From Nemertoderma westbladi (taxonomy: Eukaryota > Animalia > Xenacoelomorpha), in contig JAUCBJ010000082.1 in NCBI GenBank assembly GCA_032718475.1, positions 1 to 59,142 on the forward strand: 59,142 bases of DNA, written 5' to 3'. Under the pieces are notes generated by a model. It did no database searches. It was not told where the DNA came from and was given only the letters and a program-made list of their open reading frames with translations. This document shows positions 58,571 through 59,142 of this stretch, piece after piece. The position numbers and the translations under genes were made by a program. Within the stretch, counting starts at the first letter, position 1, and each line of letters begins with the position of its first letter.

Positions 58571-59142
58571 TATTTATTATTCAGAGTTTATGCGATTATT
58601 CGCAACATTCATGTCCCCAAGTTTATTCCTACAGTAATTGTGCTTGTTATACATACCGTTATAGTTAAACTAACCCCGGTACTACATCAGGGCTGCTTGG
58701 CGTAGGTAAAGACTGACGACTTTGTGCTTCGGTCACTCCAGCAGATGCCGTGGTTCTTTTAACTGTTCAAGTATATTTAACTACTGATTATTTGTTATAC
58801 CGGTACATGTACCTAATTTAGGGTTTAGAGTACAGTGCCTTCCGAAGTAATTAGTGTAGGCAGTATATTTGTGTTGTAAAGTGGTTGATAGGCACATTCG
58901 TTAGCTCTATTAACTTCTAGGTAGGAACAATCCGTGATACATAACGTTGTACCTATAGCGATACGGTTATAGGTCGTCAGGCGGTGGTATTTTCCTATCT
59001 GGACAGTACAATATATTTACTACTACTTATTATTTAAATACCGTAGTACCCTGTCCTTTGTAATAGCCAGAAATCTAACCCTATGTTGGACTGGTTTGTA
59101 GACTTCCTGTAAAATTACCCTAAAAATATCGTACGTAATATT

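Larger units (their letters stand above)
56258..59142 (+). mobile_element. Possible start of another long LTR or insertion interrupting the HINE-like repeat
   Basis: Repeat homology (ATGCCTCGTTGCGCTC at ~53555) breaks at 56258 into TGTAAAAGC. CCAAT boxes at ~56540-56580, TATATAA at ~56930, and internal duplications follow. The other end is not in the window. Confidence 0.35.

Overview
This is AT-rich eukaryotic (invertebrate-like) genomic DNA dominated by nested mobile elements. From left to right: (1) the end of a Polinton/Maverick-like element, with a C2H2-ZnF/pPolB N-terminal ORF that runs off the window edge and is missing from the ORF track, a PC4-like ORF, and a candidate ...ACTACT terminus at 3689; (2) a ~4.4 kb 26-bp satellite split in two by a 17.4 kb minus-strand BEL/Pao LTR retrotransposon (2957-aa polyprotein, ~1.83 kb LTRs, the 5' LTR interrupted by a 1.67 kb TIR element with a 9-bp TSD); (3) a decayed LINE; (4) a 3-exon FoxQ2-like forkhead gene; (5) a 6-exon Zn-dependent MDR dehydrogenase gene whose exon 3 is disrupted by a young Ty3/Gypsy element and whose introns hold a 54-bp minisatellite and a 6.2 kb polypyrimidine satellite; (6) a head-to-head RTE fragment plus Ulp1-bearing CRE-like non-LTR element; (7) Helentron/HINE-like tandem repeats and the probable start of another long LTR. 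The most unusual signals are a 20-nt palindrome repeated 7 times through the BEL element (in all three reading frames and in non-coding DNA), a shared motif linking the satellite monomer, the BEL LTR U5 end and the putative Polinton end, and the lack of a tRNA-type PBS in the BEL element together with a self-complementary LTR segment. All calls come from reading the sequence by eye; no database searches were run.
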